NCBI GenBank assembly: GCA_051294375.1 | Contig: CM119263.1 | Location: 30,988,053 to 31,052,052, forward strand | Origin: Paraspadella gotoi | Taxonomy: Eukaryota > Animalia > Chaetognatha | DNA: 64,000 nucleotides | Direction of reading: 5' to 3' | Part shown: positions 1 to 34,770 of the stretch, piece after piece | Position numbering within the stretch: position 1 is the stretch's first letter | How the letters are laid out: each line of letters opens with the position of its first letter | Position numbers and translations under genes: made by a program | Notes under the pieces: model-generated | Databases searched by the model: none | Told to the model about the DNA's origin: nothing | The model's input: only the letters and a program-made list of their open reading frames with translations

Positions 1-477
1 GTCAGTTGGGGAGGTTAAATATGGAAGATAGAAATTATTATTTTGTTTTATGAAAATATATAAAATCAATTTCAAAATTATTTATTTTTTACGAAAAAAA
101 ACTTTGGACAGACTATGGTGAATCAAGATTGTATCACTGTCTCACTACCTGAGTTCTTGGCTTCCTTAACGTTTTATGTGATTATTTAGACGACCGATAG
201 GCGCGCTAAATTTGTTTTTCAAGAGAACAAAATATACTACGTATTTATAAACGAAAGTCAATGAGGAATATTTTTCCTTCAAATCGAAGAGAAACTACGA
301 AACCGGAAAATATGGTGAATAAAAAAAAACAGGAAACGAAACGGAAAAAAGAGCATAAAAAGGCAAAAAAAGGCAAAAAAGGCAAAAAAATACTTAAGAA
401 GCGAAACAAAGGAACAAAGAAGACAATTGAGAGGAAAGCCGCTACAGGAAACCGAGAAAGAAAATATGGAGAAAAGA

Positions 478-529
<52 letters not shown>

Positions 530-794
530 AAGACTTAGAGAAAGACAGAGAGAGGCAGAGAGGTTGAAAAAGAGACAAAGAGAAAACAGGAGAGAGATAA
601 ATACAGACCGAGACAGAGACCGAGAGAGAGATCGAAAAAAAAAAGAAAGAGAGAGATGAATAGAAAGAGGCAGACAGACAGAGAGAGAGAGTCTTGCATC
701 GTAAAAAAAGCCATGAACTCCACTCGGGTCTTCCATCGTCTTTGCTGAAAAATCGAGACTTGAGGGGAAAATTCACGAGACAGAATAAACGGGA

Positions 795-1050
795 AGAATG
801 AGGAGTTGAGGGGATGAGGAGTTGAGGGGATGAGGAGTTGAGGAGTTGAAGGGCTGAGGATATGAGGAGAGGAGGAGTTGAGAAGTTAAGGAGTTTAGGG
901 GATGAGGAGTTCAGGGGATGTGGTGTTGAGGAGTTGAGGGGATGAAGAGTTTAGGAGTTGAGGGGATGAGAAGTTGAGGAGATGAGGGGTTGAAGGGTTG
1001 AGGAGTTGAAGGGTTGAGGAGGTGAGGAGTTTTAGGAAAGAGAGGACGGG
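795..1050. repeat. Purine-rich minisatellite, ~9/17-bp units (GAGGAGTT / GAGGGGAT)
   Basis: Directly visible tandem copies of gatgaggagttgagggg with point variants. Confidence 0.9.
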
Positions 1051-1582
1051 ATATAAAATGTCCAGATGAAGAGATGAGAAGAGAGATACAGTAATGAGAT
1101 ACAGTAATGAGAAGAGAGATACAGTAAAGGGTCGAGTCATGAGATGAAATATTAGAATTTATATGATTGAACGAAATTTAAAAAAGAAATTCTGTCACAT
1201 CTTTTATTAGATGAGGATGAGGAATAGTATTAGTGGAGTGAATGTTTTGTTGCATTTGCTTGTGAATTTTGTCCATTTGTATTTTTTTTTATTCATATTG
1301 TACATTCAAAGAATTATAATGAGGGTTGAAGAATGAGATAAGTGAAGAGTTGAAGGAAGAAATAAAAGGATGAGGAATGAGATTAAAATATGAGATATTA
1401 AATAAATAGAAGCAAGAAGTAAAGGGTGAAGGGATGAAAGAAGAATTTTACTCCAGAGAGAAGAAAAGGAACAATAAGTGTCAAAGTTGAAAGGAAGTAA
1501 ATATTTTTATGCCTCGTGATGTGAAATAAAATCAGCAGAAACGAAACAGGAAAAGAAAAAAGAACCTTTCAAAGCAAAAATT

Positions 1583-2075
1583 TATGGAAAATGGAAAAAA
1601 ATGGAAAAGGAAATGGAAGAGAAAATGGAAAGGAAATGGAAAAGAAAATTAAAAAGAAAATGGAAAAGAAAATGAAAAGAAAATGGAAAAGAAAGTGGAA
1701 GAAAAAATGGATAAGAAAATTGAAAAGAAAGTGGAAAAGAAAATGGACAGAAAATGGAAAAGAAAATGGAAAAGAAAATGGAGAATAAAATGGAAAGGAA
1801 AATGGAAGGGAATTAGAACAGAAAATGTAAAAGAAAATGTAAAAGAAAATGAAAAAAAAACTGAAAATAAAATTGAAATAAAATGGACAGAAAGTGGGAA
1901 GGAAAATGTTAGAGAAAATGGACAGAAAACGGACAAGAAAATGAAAAGAAAATGTAAAAAAATGGGAAAAAAATAGAAAAGAAAATGGAAAAGAAAATGG
2001 AAAGAAAAATGGAAAAAAATTGAAAAGAAAATGGAAAGAAAAATGGAAAGGAAAATGGAAAGAAAAATTGAAAGG
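1583..2075. repeat. Degenerate ~12-bp tandem repeat (AAAATGGAAAAG)
   Basis: Repeated gaaaatggaaaa units. The overlapping K/E/W-rich ORFs are artefacts of the repeat. Confidence 0.9.
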
Positions 2076-2239
2076 AATTCAACTGTAGCTAAAAATGGAT
2101 GCGAATAAAATGAAGAAAATAATTAGATTAAATTCGCTTTGGCCTCCGATTCATGATTTCCGACTCAGAAAAACTATGCCAAAACAATTTTTAAAAATTC
2201 AAACTTTAATTATTTTTTTTCCATTTTTTATTTCTATTG

Positions 2240-2830
2240 TTTCCTTGGTCTTTCTTCTCTTTTTGGGTTTTCTTCTCATTTTGATCTTTCTTCTCTTTTT
2301 GGTCTTTCTTTTCTTTTTAATCTTTCTTCTTTTTTTTTGTCTTTCTTATCTTTTTGGTTTTTCTTCTCTTTTTGGTCCCTCTCCTCTTTTTGGGTTTTCT
2401 TCTCTTTTTGGGTTTTCTTATCTTTTTGGTTTTTTTCTTTTTTTTCTTCTTCTCTTTTTGGTCTTTCTTCTCTTTTTTGTTTTTCTTCTCTTTTTGGTCT
2501 TTCTTCTCTTTTTGGTCTTTTTTCTCTTTTTGGGTTTTCTTCTCTTTTTGGGTTTTCTTCTCTTTTTGATCTTTCTTCTCTTTTTGGTCTTTATTCTCTT
2601 TTTGGTTTTTCTTCTGTTTTTGTTTTTTCTTCTCTTTTTGTTCCTTCTTCTCTTTTTAGTTTTTTTCTCTTTTTGAGTTTTCTGCTCTTTTTGGTCTTTC
2701 TTTTCTTTTTGGTCTTTCTTCTCTTTTTGGTCTTTCTTCTCTTTTTCGGTTTTCTTCTCTTTTTCGTTTTTCTTCTCTTTTTGATCTTTCTTCTCTTTTT
2801 GGACTTTCTTCTCTTTTTCGGTTTTCTTTA
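2240..2830. repeat. Pyrimidine-rich ~18-bp minisatellite (TCTTTCTTCTCTTTTTGG)
   Basis: About 30 tandem units are visible. They produce spurious F/L/S-rich ORFs. Confidence 0.9.
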
Positions 2831-3417
2831 TGTTTCTAAGTGAAAATCAGTTTTTGTGTCAATGTCTTTGCTGAACTTTTGCTTATTGAGATGTTAAATA
2901 TCTATGCGTCTATATGTGTTCGCGGATATTTTGTTAACTTCATTTTCAGAATTTTAAATACTTATATTAAGATTCTCAAATTTGATTTTGAAAAACTCGT
3001 CTATGAATAAATATGTATTTTGAATTATGAATTTTGAAGTAACAAGATGCGTATTGCAGAAGGATAACTAGTATGTAGTAGCTTCACCGCCGATGAAAAA
3101 TATTCGAAAAAGTTGCTTTTAAATTTAGATTTTAAATTTAAAAAGTCGTTAAAAGTATACTTAATATTTATAAATCACTACTCACTACGTTTTAAAATTA
3201 AAAAAGTAAATTTAAAGAGACAATATTCGCTACAAAAGTAAATTCCATGAATAAATAAATCAATAAATCAATCAATCAAAATGTAAAACAGATGAATTTG
3301 TCTCACAACTTTTTATCAGCGAATAAAGCTTTAAAAGAAAGTCGACTTTTTAGCTTAATTACCATAGCGCGAATGGCAATGATATTCATCCCAGCATCAT
3401 AAAATATTCATATAAAG

Positions 3418-3477
<60 letters not shown>

Positions 3478-4584
3478 CCAAGATGCTGTATACTGGTTTA
3501 AATTATTCATGATGAAGTAGAATGCGCTTGCGGGAAAAACCTCAAAAGAGTACTTTTCATTATGAGATGTAAGAGTCGCGACTTTTGCCGAACTTTGACC
3601 AGAGTCTGGCTGAACCTCCTCGAATATAGTGCCTAACTTTCCTCATGCATTCCAAACTTTAAAACTATATTCTTGTTAGTCTGTTTTTACTCTTTGTCCG
3701 TTTCAAGTCTTAACCAAGTAAATTATCAAACTATATTTGTTTAAAATAATTTATAAACTATACAACTAATAATAATAATTAACTATATAAAGTATATATT
3801 CCTAACGATTATATTTTTAAAGCCGGTAAATTAATGTAATGTCTAGCTTAAAATATTTAGCAGAACTAACGTCTAACTTTATTCAAACTTGCACATTACC
3901 TTGGCTTGAAAAATCGATTAGGGAAAGAAGGCGTGCCCTTCGCATAATAATAAATATATTATCATATTTGTTCGACAAGTTTACATCGTAATCGATAAGT
4001 GTTGATCAAAATAGTGACTTAGTCGATCATAAATAACTCTACGTATAATGTAAAAATGACAAAGAAAAATGTCAGGCAGTTTTTAATTCTTGGATAAAAA
4101 AAATCGTGAAATAAAAATAATTCTTTTTAAGAACATTTATGAGAGAAAAAACGTATGTTTTTGTCGAAGAACAAAATTCGGTAGATAAAGAGAAAAATAA
4201 AAATAGAAAAGTAAAGAGTTAGAGAAGTTAAAAAAAAGAAAAATCAAAATAGAAAAGTAAAGAGAAAATTAACAAGTAGCGAAGAAAAGGAACAAAGTTG
4301 GAATAGAAAAGATCTTTATTCGCTTTACCTTTCTTTTCATTTTTAAGTTAGAAAATATTTTGTTTTCTCAACGAAGCTTTAGAAATAAAATTAAAAAACA
4401 ATTTATATATATGTTTTTTTATCTTAAGTCAAAGCTTAGTTTGTATAGTATAGGTTTTAACTTTTTTTAACTATATATATTGGAATCTTAAACATAAGAA
4501 AATCGAAATTCGGTTCTAATTTGAGTCGGAGAATCGTGACTGCCTGAAGCGAACATCACTTCTCCTCAGTTGAAATAGAGATTG

Positions 4585-4612
4585 AGAGAGATAGAGAGAG
4601 AGAGAGAGAGAG

Positions 4613-4705
<93 letters not shown>
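4585..4705. repeat. (GA)n microsatellite; one of many in the window (also ~481, 3420, 8855, 9108, 9282, 10565, 19137, 19633, 20073, 22930, 25720, 28132)
   Basis: Perfect dinucleotide runs. Confidence 0.97.
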
Positions 4706-4709
<4 letters not shown>

Positions 4710-5069
4710 ACGTAGGATGGATCTTAACAAAAAAACAACAACAAACTTTAACAAAAGCGAAACCATAATTAAACATCAACAACACAATAAAACATCAACG
4801 CAAAACAAAAGCCACAACATCACAAAACGACGAGAACAAAGCCTAAAACAGCATTCAACAACAACAACAGCAAAGAAAGAAACGCGTCAAGTCACGTGAT
4901 TGAAACTCTTTTCGTCCTTCGGTTTTCACCTGGAGCGACGTCCGAGTTGTCGTTGTTGTTTTTGTTGTTGTTGTCGTCCTCATCCTCCTCCTCCTCCTCT
5001 TCCTTCTTCTTCCGGTCTTTGAGTGATTAGCAGCCAAAGAAAGAGACTGCGACGTGAAAGAAAGAAAAT

Positions 5070-5462
5070 AAAAAAAGATAAAAGAAAAACTGAACTGAGA
5101 TGACAATTAAAAAAAGATAAAAGAAAAACTAAACTGAGATGTCAATTGAAAATAATAGAAAACAAAAACTGAACTGAGATGTCAATTGAAAAAAGAGAAA
5201 ACAAAAACTAAACTTAGATGTCAATTAAAAAATAGAGAAAAGAAAAAACTGAACTTAGATGTCAATTGAAAAAAAGAGAAAACAAAAACTAAACTTAGAT
5301 GTCAATTAAAAAAAAGATAAAAGAAAAAACTGAACTGAGATGTCAATTGAAAAAAAGAGAAAACAAAAACTAAACTAATATGTCAATTAAAAAAGAGAGA
5401 AAACAAAAACTGAATTGAGATGTCAATTAAAAGAAGAAAAAAGAAAAGAAAAACTGAACTGA
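5070..5462. repeat. ~38-bp tandem minisatellite (AAAACTGAACTGAGATGTCAATTGAAAAAAGAGAAAAC), about 10 copies
   Basis: The core actgagatgtcaatt recurs with regular spacing. Confidence 0.9.
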
Positions 5463-5720
5463 GCAGAGCGATCCTCCCGCTCAACCCTAACTCTAGACCG
5501 GGCCCCGATCCAAATCCTAACTCTAACCAGTTTCCCCGGCTCGCGAAATCACCAGCGAGCCACTTCCCTTACCCTTACCCTAACCCTAATCCTAACCCTA
5601 GCGTCATCCGTGTGCCCTTCCCCCAACCCTAACCCTAACCCGGGTCTCCCGTTCATCCCCGTGGCTCAACGTCAACCACGAGCCTCACTTCTAACTCGCG
5701 CCTTTCGTCTTATTCGCTAC
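5461..5720. repeat. GC-rich element with interspersed telomere-like CCCTAA hexamers
   Basis: ccctaaccctaatcctaaccctag (5578-5601) and ccctaaccctaaccc (~5627-5641) are interspersed with unique GC-rich sequence. Confidence 0.65.
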
Positions 5721-5984
5721 ATTTATATTTTATCACTGACGGGGTCGCGGCGGTCGCCAACCAATTAGAACCACTGTTTTAAAACTTTTTTGGGGGGGCC
5801 TGTTGGTTACTAGTTAGTTAATATCAAGTCTAAATGGAATATTTGATATCTGGCGCAATTTCGTGGCGGATTTTATAATTTTTTAGCAAGGGACGGATAT
5901 TAAATATGTGACATTTCGACTTATTTCTAGTAAACTATCAAAAAACGTCTTTAAAAATTAACATAAAATATGTGGATAAGGCGC

Positions 5985-6202
5985 TACGTGGGCTGAAGAT
6001 GACTGTCCGTAACTTCTATAACCCCCTCTAGCAGCCATGGAACGGGTCCCTGGGCTTGGAACCAGGCTTGAGGGTTTGCCATGCCCCCAAGGCGGCTTAC
6101 GGCCGTCCTCACGCTTCCCGCAGGGTAGGTACCGGGTTGGGATTGAACCCGGTACCTAGTGGTCATGAGCTGATGGCTTTACTCAATGAGCCACCGGGTC
6201 AC
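5985..6202 (-). mobile_element. tRNA-derived SINE-like element
   Basis: Minus-strand head GACCCGGTGGCTCATTGAG (A-box-like) ... GGTTCAATCCC (B-box), followed by ~150 nt of GC-rich body in AT-rich flanks. No intact cloverleaf. Confidence 0.6.
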
Positions 6203-6794
6203 AACTGAAAAGTGTCATGATTCTAGGCGGGGTGAACCTAGGCAATGCCCGACTACAAATATTAATATAAAATATATATCAACGTTTACTTCCTTCTTTT
6301 ATATAAGCTAATACGATGATAATTCTTGGTAATGTTTTCTGACTTTCAATTTGTGATCTTAACAGATCATAACACGTTGTAAAAAACAAGTTTGAGCAAA
6401 CAATTTTGATCCAAAATGTTTGTTTTGATTAATTGACTAATTAATTAATTATTGATTAATTAATTGACTTATTGATTAATTAACTGATTAATTATTTGAT
6501 TAATTAATACATCTTGCATTTACATTTAATTTAAAAAGCATAATCAATTAGTGTAACACGTTTTTTTCTTTTTTTCCATTTAAACTCATTTCCACTCAAA
6601 CGATTCCATCGAAACTTGATTTCCAGTTTAATCACACACTTTTCTACCCACATACAAAATTTCAAGTCAATCTCCCCATCCACACATGAGTAATTGGTGT
6701 TCAAATAGTGAAATATATTTTTTTTTCCAGATCCGACTAAAAAGAAAAGAAAAACCAAAATTTATATTGAGGTTTTTGAATTATTTTTTTTAAT

Positions 6795-6965
6795 AACGAG
6801 ATGGCCGAGTGGTTAAAAACTAAGATTTCGACGCAGAATCGAATGGTAGGATTCGAATCCCGCTCAAGGTAAACTTTTACAATAAACTGCTATGTCCCAA
6901 AAGTGGTCGTAGAGCAATGGCTTACCGAAGGGGGAGTAGCTATATGAGTACTCAATAACAAGACA
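6795..6965 (+). mobile_element. tRNA(Leu/Ser)-derived SINE-like element or tRNA pseudogene
   Basis: A-box TGGCCGAGTGG (~6802) and B-box GATTCGAATCC (~6850). The stems are degraded. Confidence 0.6.
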
Positions 6966-7398
6966 AAAACTCACTTTCAAATTATCATTAGTACTCGAGT
7001 TACAGAGCTTGCCGTCTCAGAAATTCTACACGGATGCTACTGTATATATATATATATAAATTTAAAATGTTAAATATTAAAAAAAGTTCGTGCGACAAAA
7101 TAATTTAAACTTAAGGAGGAAAAATCAAAAGTAGAAAACCATGAATCAGAATATAAGGCTGTTGGGAATCTGAATATAAGTCTGTTGTGCGTCAATATAT
7201 AGTAGAGAGGAAGGGAAAATTTTTTCGTTATATTCATAACCTGGTTTTTTTACAACTTGAATCGATAAATAAACTAAGTTAGTAAAAAAAAAATTTAAAA
7301 TCTCCCCCAAAAAATTATCCGTAAAATTTCAAATTTTGTTTTTTTCTATTGAGATGTTTTGAATTTATTTCAGCAGAAAAAAAACTCGAAAGTCTCTG

Positions 7399-7430
<32 letters not shown>

Positions 7431-7561
7431 AGTCTTCTGCCTTCGAGGTCATCGACGGAGATCAACTTTTTTTTCCGCCAAAAAACGTGATTTTTTTTTG
7501 TGTGTGTGAAAGACTCAAAGTGAAGAGATGAGTTTGAACTCAGTCACGATTCACAGTTAAC

Positions 7562-8009
7562 TTTTAGTTGCACCGCGAGTACTCGCGGAGCAACTTTATA
7601 AGTCACTTTTCGCTCGGTCTGTCGGTCTGTTGGTCCGTCGGTCTGTCCGTCGGTCTGTCCGTCAGTCTGTCCGTCGGTCTGTCCGTCGGTCCGTCCGTCG
7701 GTCTGTCGGTTGGTCCGTCCGTCGGTCTGTCGGTCGGTCGCTCGGTCGGTCGGTCCGTCGGTCTGTCCCACTTATGTTAAAAATGCATATAATTTGCCTC
7801 TAGTTGGTTGCTCATTTGTTAAGACAAAAAAACCTCAAATCTAAGGGACTGCTAGCACAGCCTTCAGGAATTCCTAAAACTATAAGGAATAAAAGACGAA
7901 ATTTTGATGCAGTTATAATTACACGGGCAAAGAGAGTCATGTCATGTCATGTCATGTCATGTGAAATTAAAGACACTGCGGCGCAACACATTGGAATTAC
8001 CGTTCTTGT
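7562..8009 (+). mobile_element. Non-autonomous Helentron-associated element (HINE/DINE-1-like), copy 1
   Basis: Starts TTTTAGTTGC with the hairpin AGTTGCACCGCGAGTACTCGCGGAGCAACT, has an internal (GTCY/GTCG)n microsatellite and a (GTCAT)n block, and ends GCGCAACACATTGGAATTACCGTTCTTGT. Three more copies occur in the window. Confidence 0.8.
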
Positions 8010-8428
8010 CTTCTCTTCCCGTCTCTCTCTCATTCTTTCTCCTTCTTTCTTCTATCTCCCTATTCTCTTTTTCCCTCAAAAACTCTCTCTCTCTCTCTCC
8101 CTCTATCCCTATATCACTCCCTCTCTCACACCCACTCCCTCTCTCTCTCTGTCCTTCCCAACTTTTCTCACACATAAACAACTTTCCCCTTTTTATTTCA
8201 GGCAAAGTTGGCCACTCTCAGGCGGCTCTCGTAAAATTACAAGCGAAAGAAGAAAAACAAAAACAAAACAAACAACATCAAACCCAACTACAGCAACAGC
8301 AACAACAACAGCAAAAGAAGAAGCAGCAAAACGGCAACGGAGATATCATTCTGGGCAAAGAACCTTTGTCTCCGGAAGGAAATAAAGGAGGAGGAGGAGC
8401 AGGAGGAGGAGGAGGAGGTGGGAACAAA

Positions 8429-30229
<21,801 letters not shown>

Positions 30230-30800
30230 TTCGCGACGTCAGTTTGAGTGTCGCGTATCTGACGTCACCTGCAACATGACTTCATCGGGCCTCGATGTCG
30301 CATCTCATTGGACGTGATTGGCCGATTGATGGAAATCATCAAAAATCAAAACTCAACTGTCAATCTTCAGCCGAAAGGACAGCAGCAACCTAACGCTAAT
30401 TGTTTACTTTTAATTATGAGGCGAAAGTTCAGTTCTCGTGTTTTTTTTGTATTTCTCATTATTTTCGTGTTATTAATTTTTTTGGAATAATAAGCATGTC
30501 ATAGAAATTTTTGTAATTTTTTTACGACTAGTGATTTTAATAGCTAGTTAGCTTTAGACTAACTAGCTTTAGACTAACTTATTTAGTAATTCCGTCTTTA
30601 TTTTCGGTGATTAAATAATAGTGCTTCTCGATTTTCTTTTGTTTAAGTTTGTTTGTTTTCATAAAGAAAGACGATTAACGTAACAACAACATTCGGCGCT
30701 AAAAAAAACGACTAAAAATGCTACGTATAAAATGGGCTGGTCGGGGGAGAGGGGATAGGGAGAGAGGAGAGATTTGTGAAATGGAGAGGGAAGATAATCG

Positions 30801-31867
<1,067 letters not shown>

Positions 31868-34580
31868 GGTGGAGTGAGGGGGTGGTGGAAGGATTGAAGG
31901 CGCGAGTTTGAGTGAGAGAGAGAAATCTAAAGCGAGCGTCGAAACTTGTGATTGTATTAAAGTATTGAAATCCTAAGTATTTCCTTCGGCCGGGGTTGTG
32001 TTTCCGTTTTTGTTTTTTTTACTTTTTGTTTCTTAATGATTCTTTTTTTTTAATCTTAGAATAAAGAAAAAAACGGATGAGATAATCGATAGAGAGAGAA
32101 ATTTTTATTTTTTTAAATTTTTGTACGTAAGTCCAATACGATTAATGATGAAAAATAGTGTTAATAATAAAAGTATTATCACCCAAATGAGGTTTTCTTT
32201 TTCAATGTGCAAAAAACAGAATCGGAATATGAAAAAAGGTTTCGTGTGTTAATAACAAGGACGTTCACCTTAGTGCCTGTAGTTATCATCTACTTAGGTA
32301 GATTTGTTTGAAAGAAAAACTATCAAAAAATCATGATAATCATTTAGTGGAATTTCAATGAAAAAAAAAGAGATTGAAATCGTCGAATACACACCATGTA
32401 GTAATATTACTGGGCGATAACACAATAATATATACTATATAGCCATTAGCAGAATACATGGCGAAAAAAGACGAATGCGTTATAAATATTTAAACGCTGA
32501 ATAATTAATGCCGTGAAGGAAACCTAACATATTATTAACCTTTGTCACTTTGGCATTTAGTTTAGTACGTGCTCTTTCTATCCCAGACCGCGTTTCAATT
32601 TTTCAACTTTGGTGGGAGAGAGAGAATAACAAGGACAAACAGTCGCAATAACAGACAGACGGGCAAAAGTTAGATGGACGAAAAAATTGGTTTGGAGAAG
32701 CGAAGCAACAACCAGAAAATTCCCAAAGTAGCAAAGCTTCAAGTATCGTTGCCCAGACATTTCTATGAGCGATAACAAACAAGGATAACAATAAAGACTT
32801 TCGTCAAACCATCAACCATCACTCTAAGCGACGCTTCCGTTGCACAGATCTTTGTCAGACCTCCATACAGGGAATTCAATCTTGAGCTTAAGACTTAATT
32901 AAACTCGTAATTCTTTCACTGTATATTATTTTTATAACATTTTTATAACATTTATTAGTTAGAAAACTACTTGACGTTTATGTTAACCTAAAAAAATGTT
33001 CAAATTTCCCCAATAGTATAATCACAATGGCTCTCAAGAGCAGAGTAACTTTTTTAATTTTTTTCGTCCAAATTTTAAGTTTTTAACAATTTAACCATAT
33101 TTAATGATGATTGTGAAGTTATCTGATATAAAATAAATTTTTTTGTTGATAAAAAATCAGTTTAATAATTTATTATAAACAAAATATTTTCCCCCCCCCC
33201 AAGCTGAAATTTCTATTTTTAATAGATTTTAAAAGGAAAACATAATGATTATTATCAAATATTATTCATATTATAAATTTTTTTTATTCTGCTTTGTAAT
33301 AAATTTATTACAGTATCTTATTAACCATAAAAATGAAGCATGAAAAAAAAATTCAATTGTTTTAACGGGAACTGAAGGATAAATGGTAAAATAAATAATT
33401 TTTATATTAATATAAAAAAAATTATAACCTGATTGCTCCTCATTTCGTATCACTCCAGATTGAAGTCCCTGTAATTCGTTTCTGCATGAACTCAACCAAA
33501 GATTACATGTAGTTATTGCCACGAAAAGAGCGGTAATATATAGCCTAATTTGGATACTAGCGATTATTCGTTTTGCCAATTTCACTATGAGTATCGCGAT
33601 ACATTTAATAATTAAATTATTAATAAATAACTACAAAGAGACACGAGCACTTCCCAGCAATTAGCAATTAACGGCACAAACATGAAAAAATATGTATGGA
33701 GTGATATGACTTTTCATTCTTTATTTTGGTGAATGTAAAATGTTGGCGAAATTTAAAATAATTATATTTTCATTTGTACCCAAATATGAATATCCGGACG
33801 CCTTGAGGTAATCAGCTTGTTATTTCATTATTTTAAATGACGCTTTGAGTCGAAACTGTACAAGAGACACAAAATTCGAAAACGAGGATTAAATGAATTA
33901 ATATTCTTTAGTAAGTCTCGTTACAATTCATGTATCAATTTTTTAAAAAGATATTTTAGCTGATAAGTTTAGGAATAATTTAATTAATAAACCTCACTCT
34001 GACCCCAGGGATAGCTAAATAACATATAATCCTCGATCCCGAATTTAATTCTCTCTCAACAATATCAAATTATATATTTTTTCAATTTATCATAGAAAAA
34101 ATAGCTCATCTGTATTTTTAACACCTTTGATTAATGTGGCTACAATGATACGGTCGACGACACTGTTCTTGAATGACTAGAATATATGATATTGCTGTAA
34201 TCGCAATTCCTTGAGTCATGACTCTGCAAGAATTGCAATATTCATCAGTGATGAAATCCCGCCATCAACCATAACGATAGACGCGTTGAAATCACCTTTA
34301 AAGCGACATAACAATCGCTATCAGGAGATGAAACAATAATTGCATAGGTCACAAGGCCAGGATTTTTCGAGGAATTTCAAAGACGATTCGCAATATTGGC
34401 TCTACGTTTGCCACTTTTTCCCTTATAAATCTCAATCGTCGTCAAAGACGACAAAAATCAAACCCTAGAGGGGGCCCAGGACGTCCACAATGATCGGCCT
34501 CGCTTTAGCTTAGAGAACTAACAATCTCAGACCAATAGCCATCTTCACCTTTAGACCAATAGACATCCTTTCCCTCCCTC

Positions 34581-34770
34581 TTTCACGCCAACAGCCATTC
34601 TCTCCTTTCACGCAAACAGCCATTCTCTCCTTTCACGCAAACAGCCATTCCCTCCTTTCACGCCAACAGCCATTATCTCCTTTCAAGCCAACAGCCATTA
34701 TCTCCTTTCACGCCAACAGCTATTCTCTCTTTTCTGGCCAACAGCAATCCCCCTCCCTCTTTCACGCCAA
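34581..34770. repeat. 25-bp minisatellite (TTTCACGCCAACAGCCATTCTCTCC), ~7 copies, starting at the FAM126 stop codon
   Basis: Directly visible tandem units. Confidence 0.9.

Noticed and set aside
245-2843. Long ORFs rich in SL, RE, KW or FL repeats
   Set aside because: They are translations of (GA)n and minisatellites, open in several frames on both strands, with no domain content.
32575-32880. Moderately GC-rich island between TEX261 and FAM126 as a gene or ncRNA
   Set aside because: It has only short ORFs, no recognisable RNA motif and no consistent splice chain.
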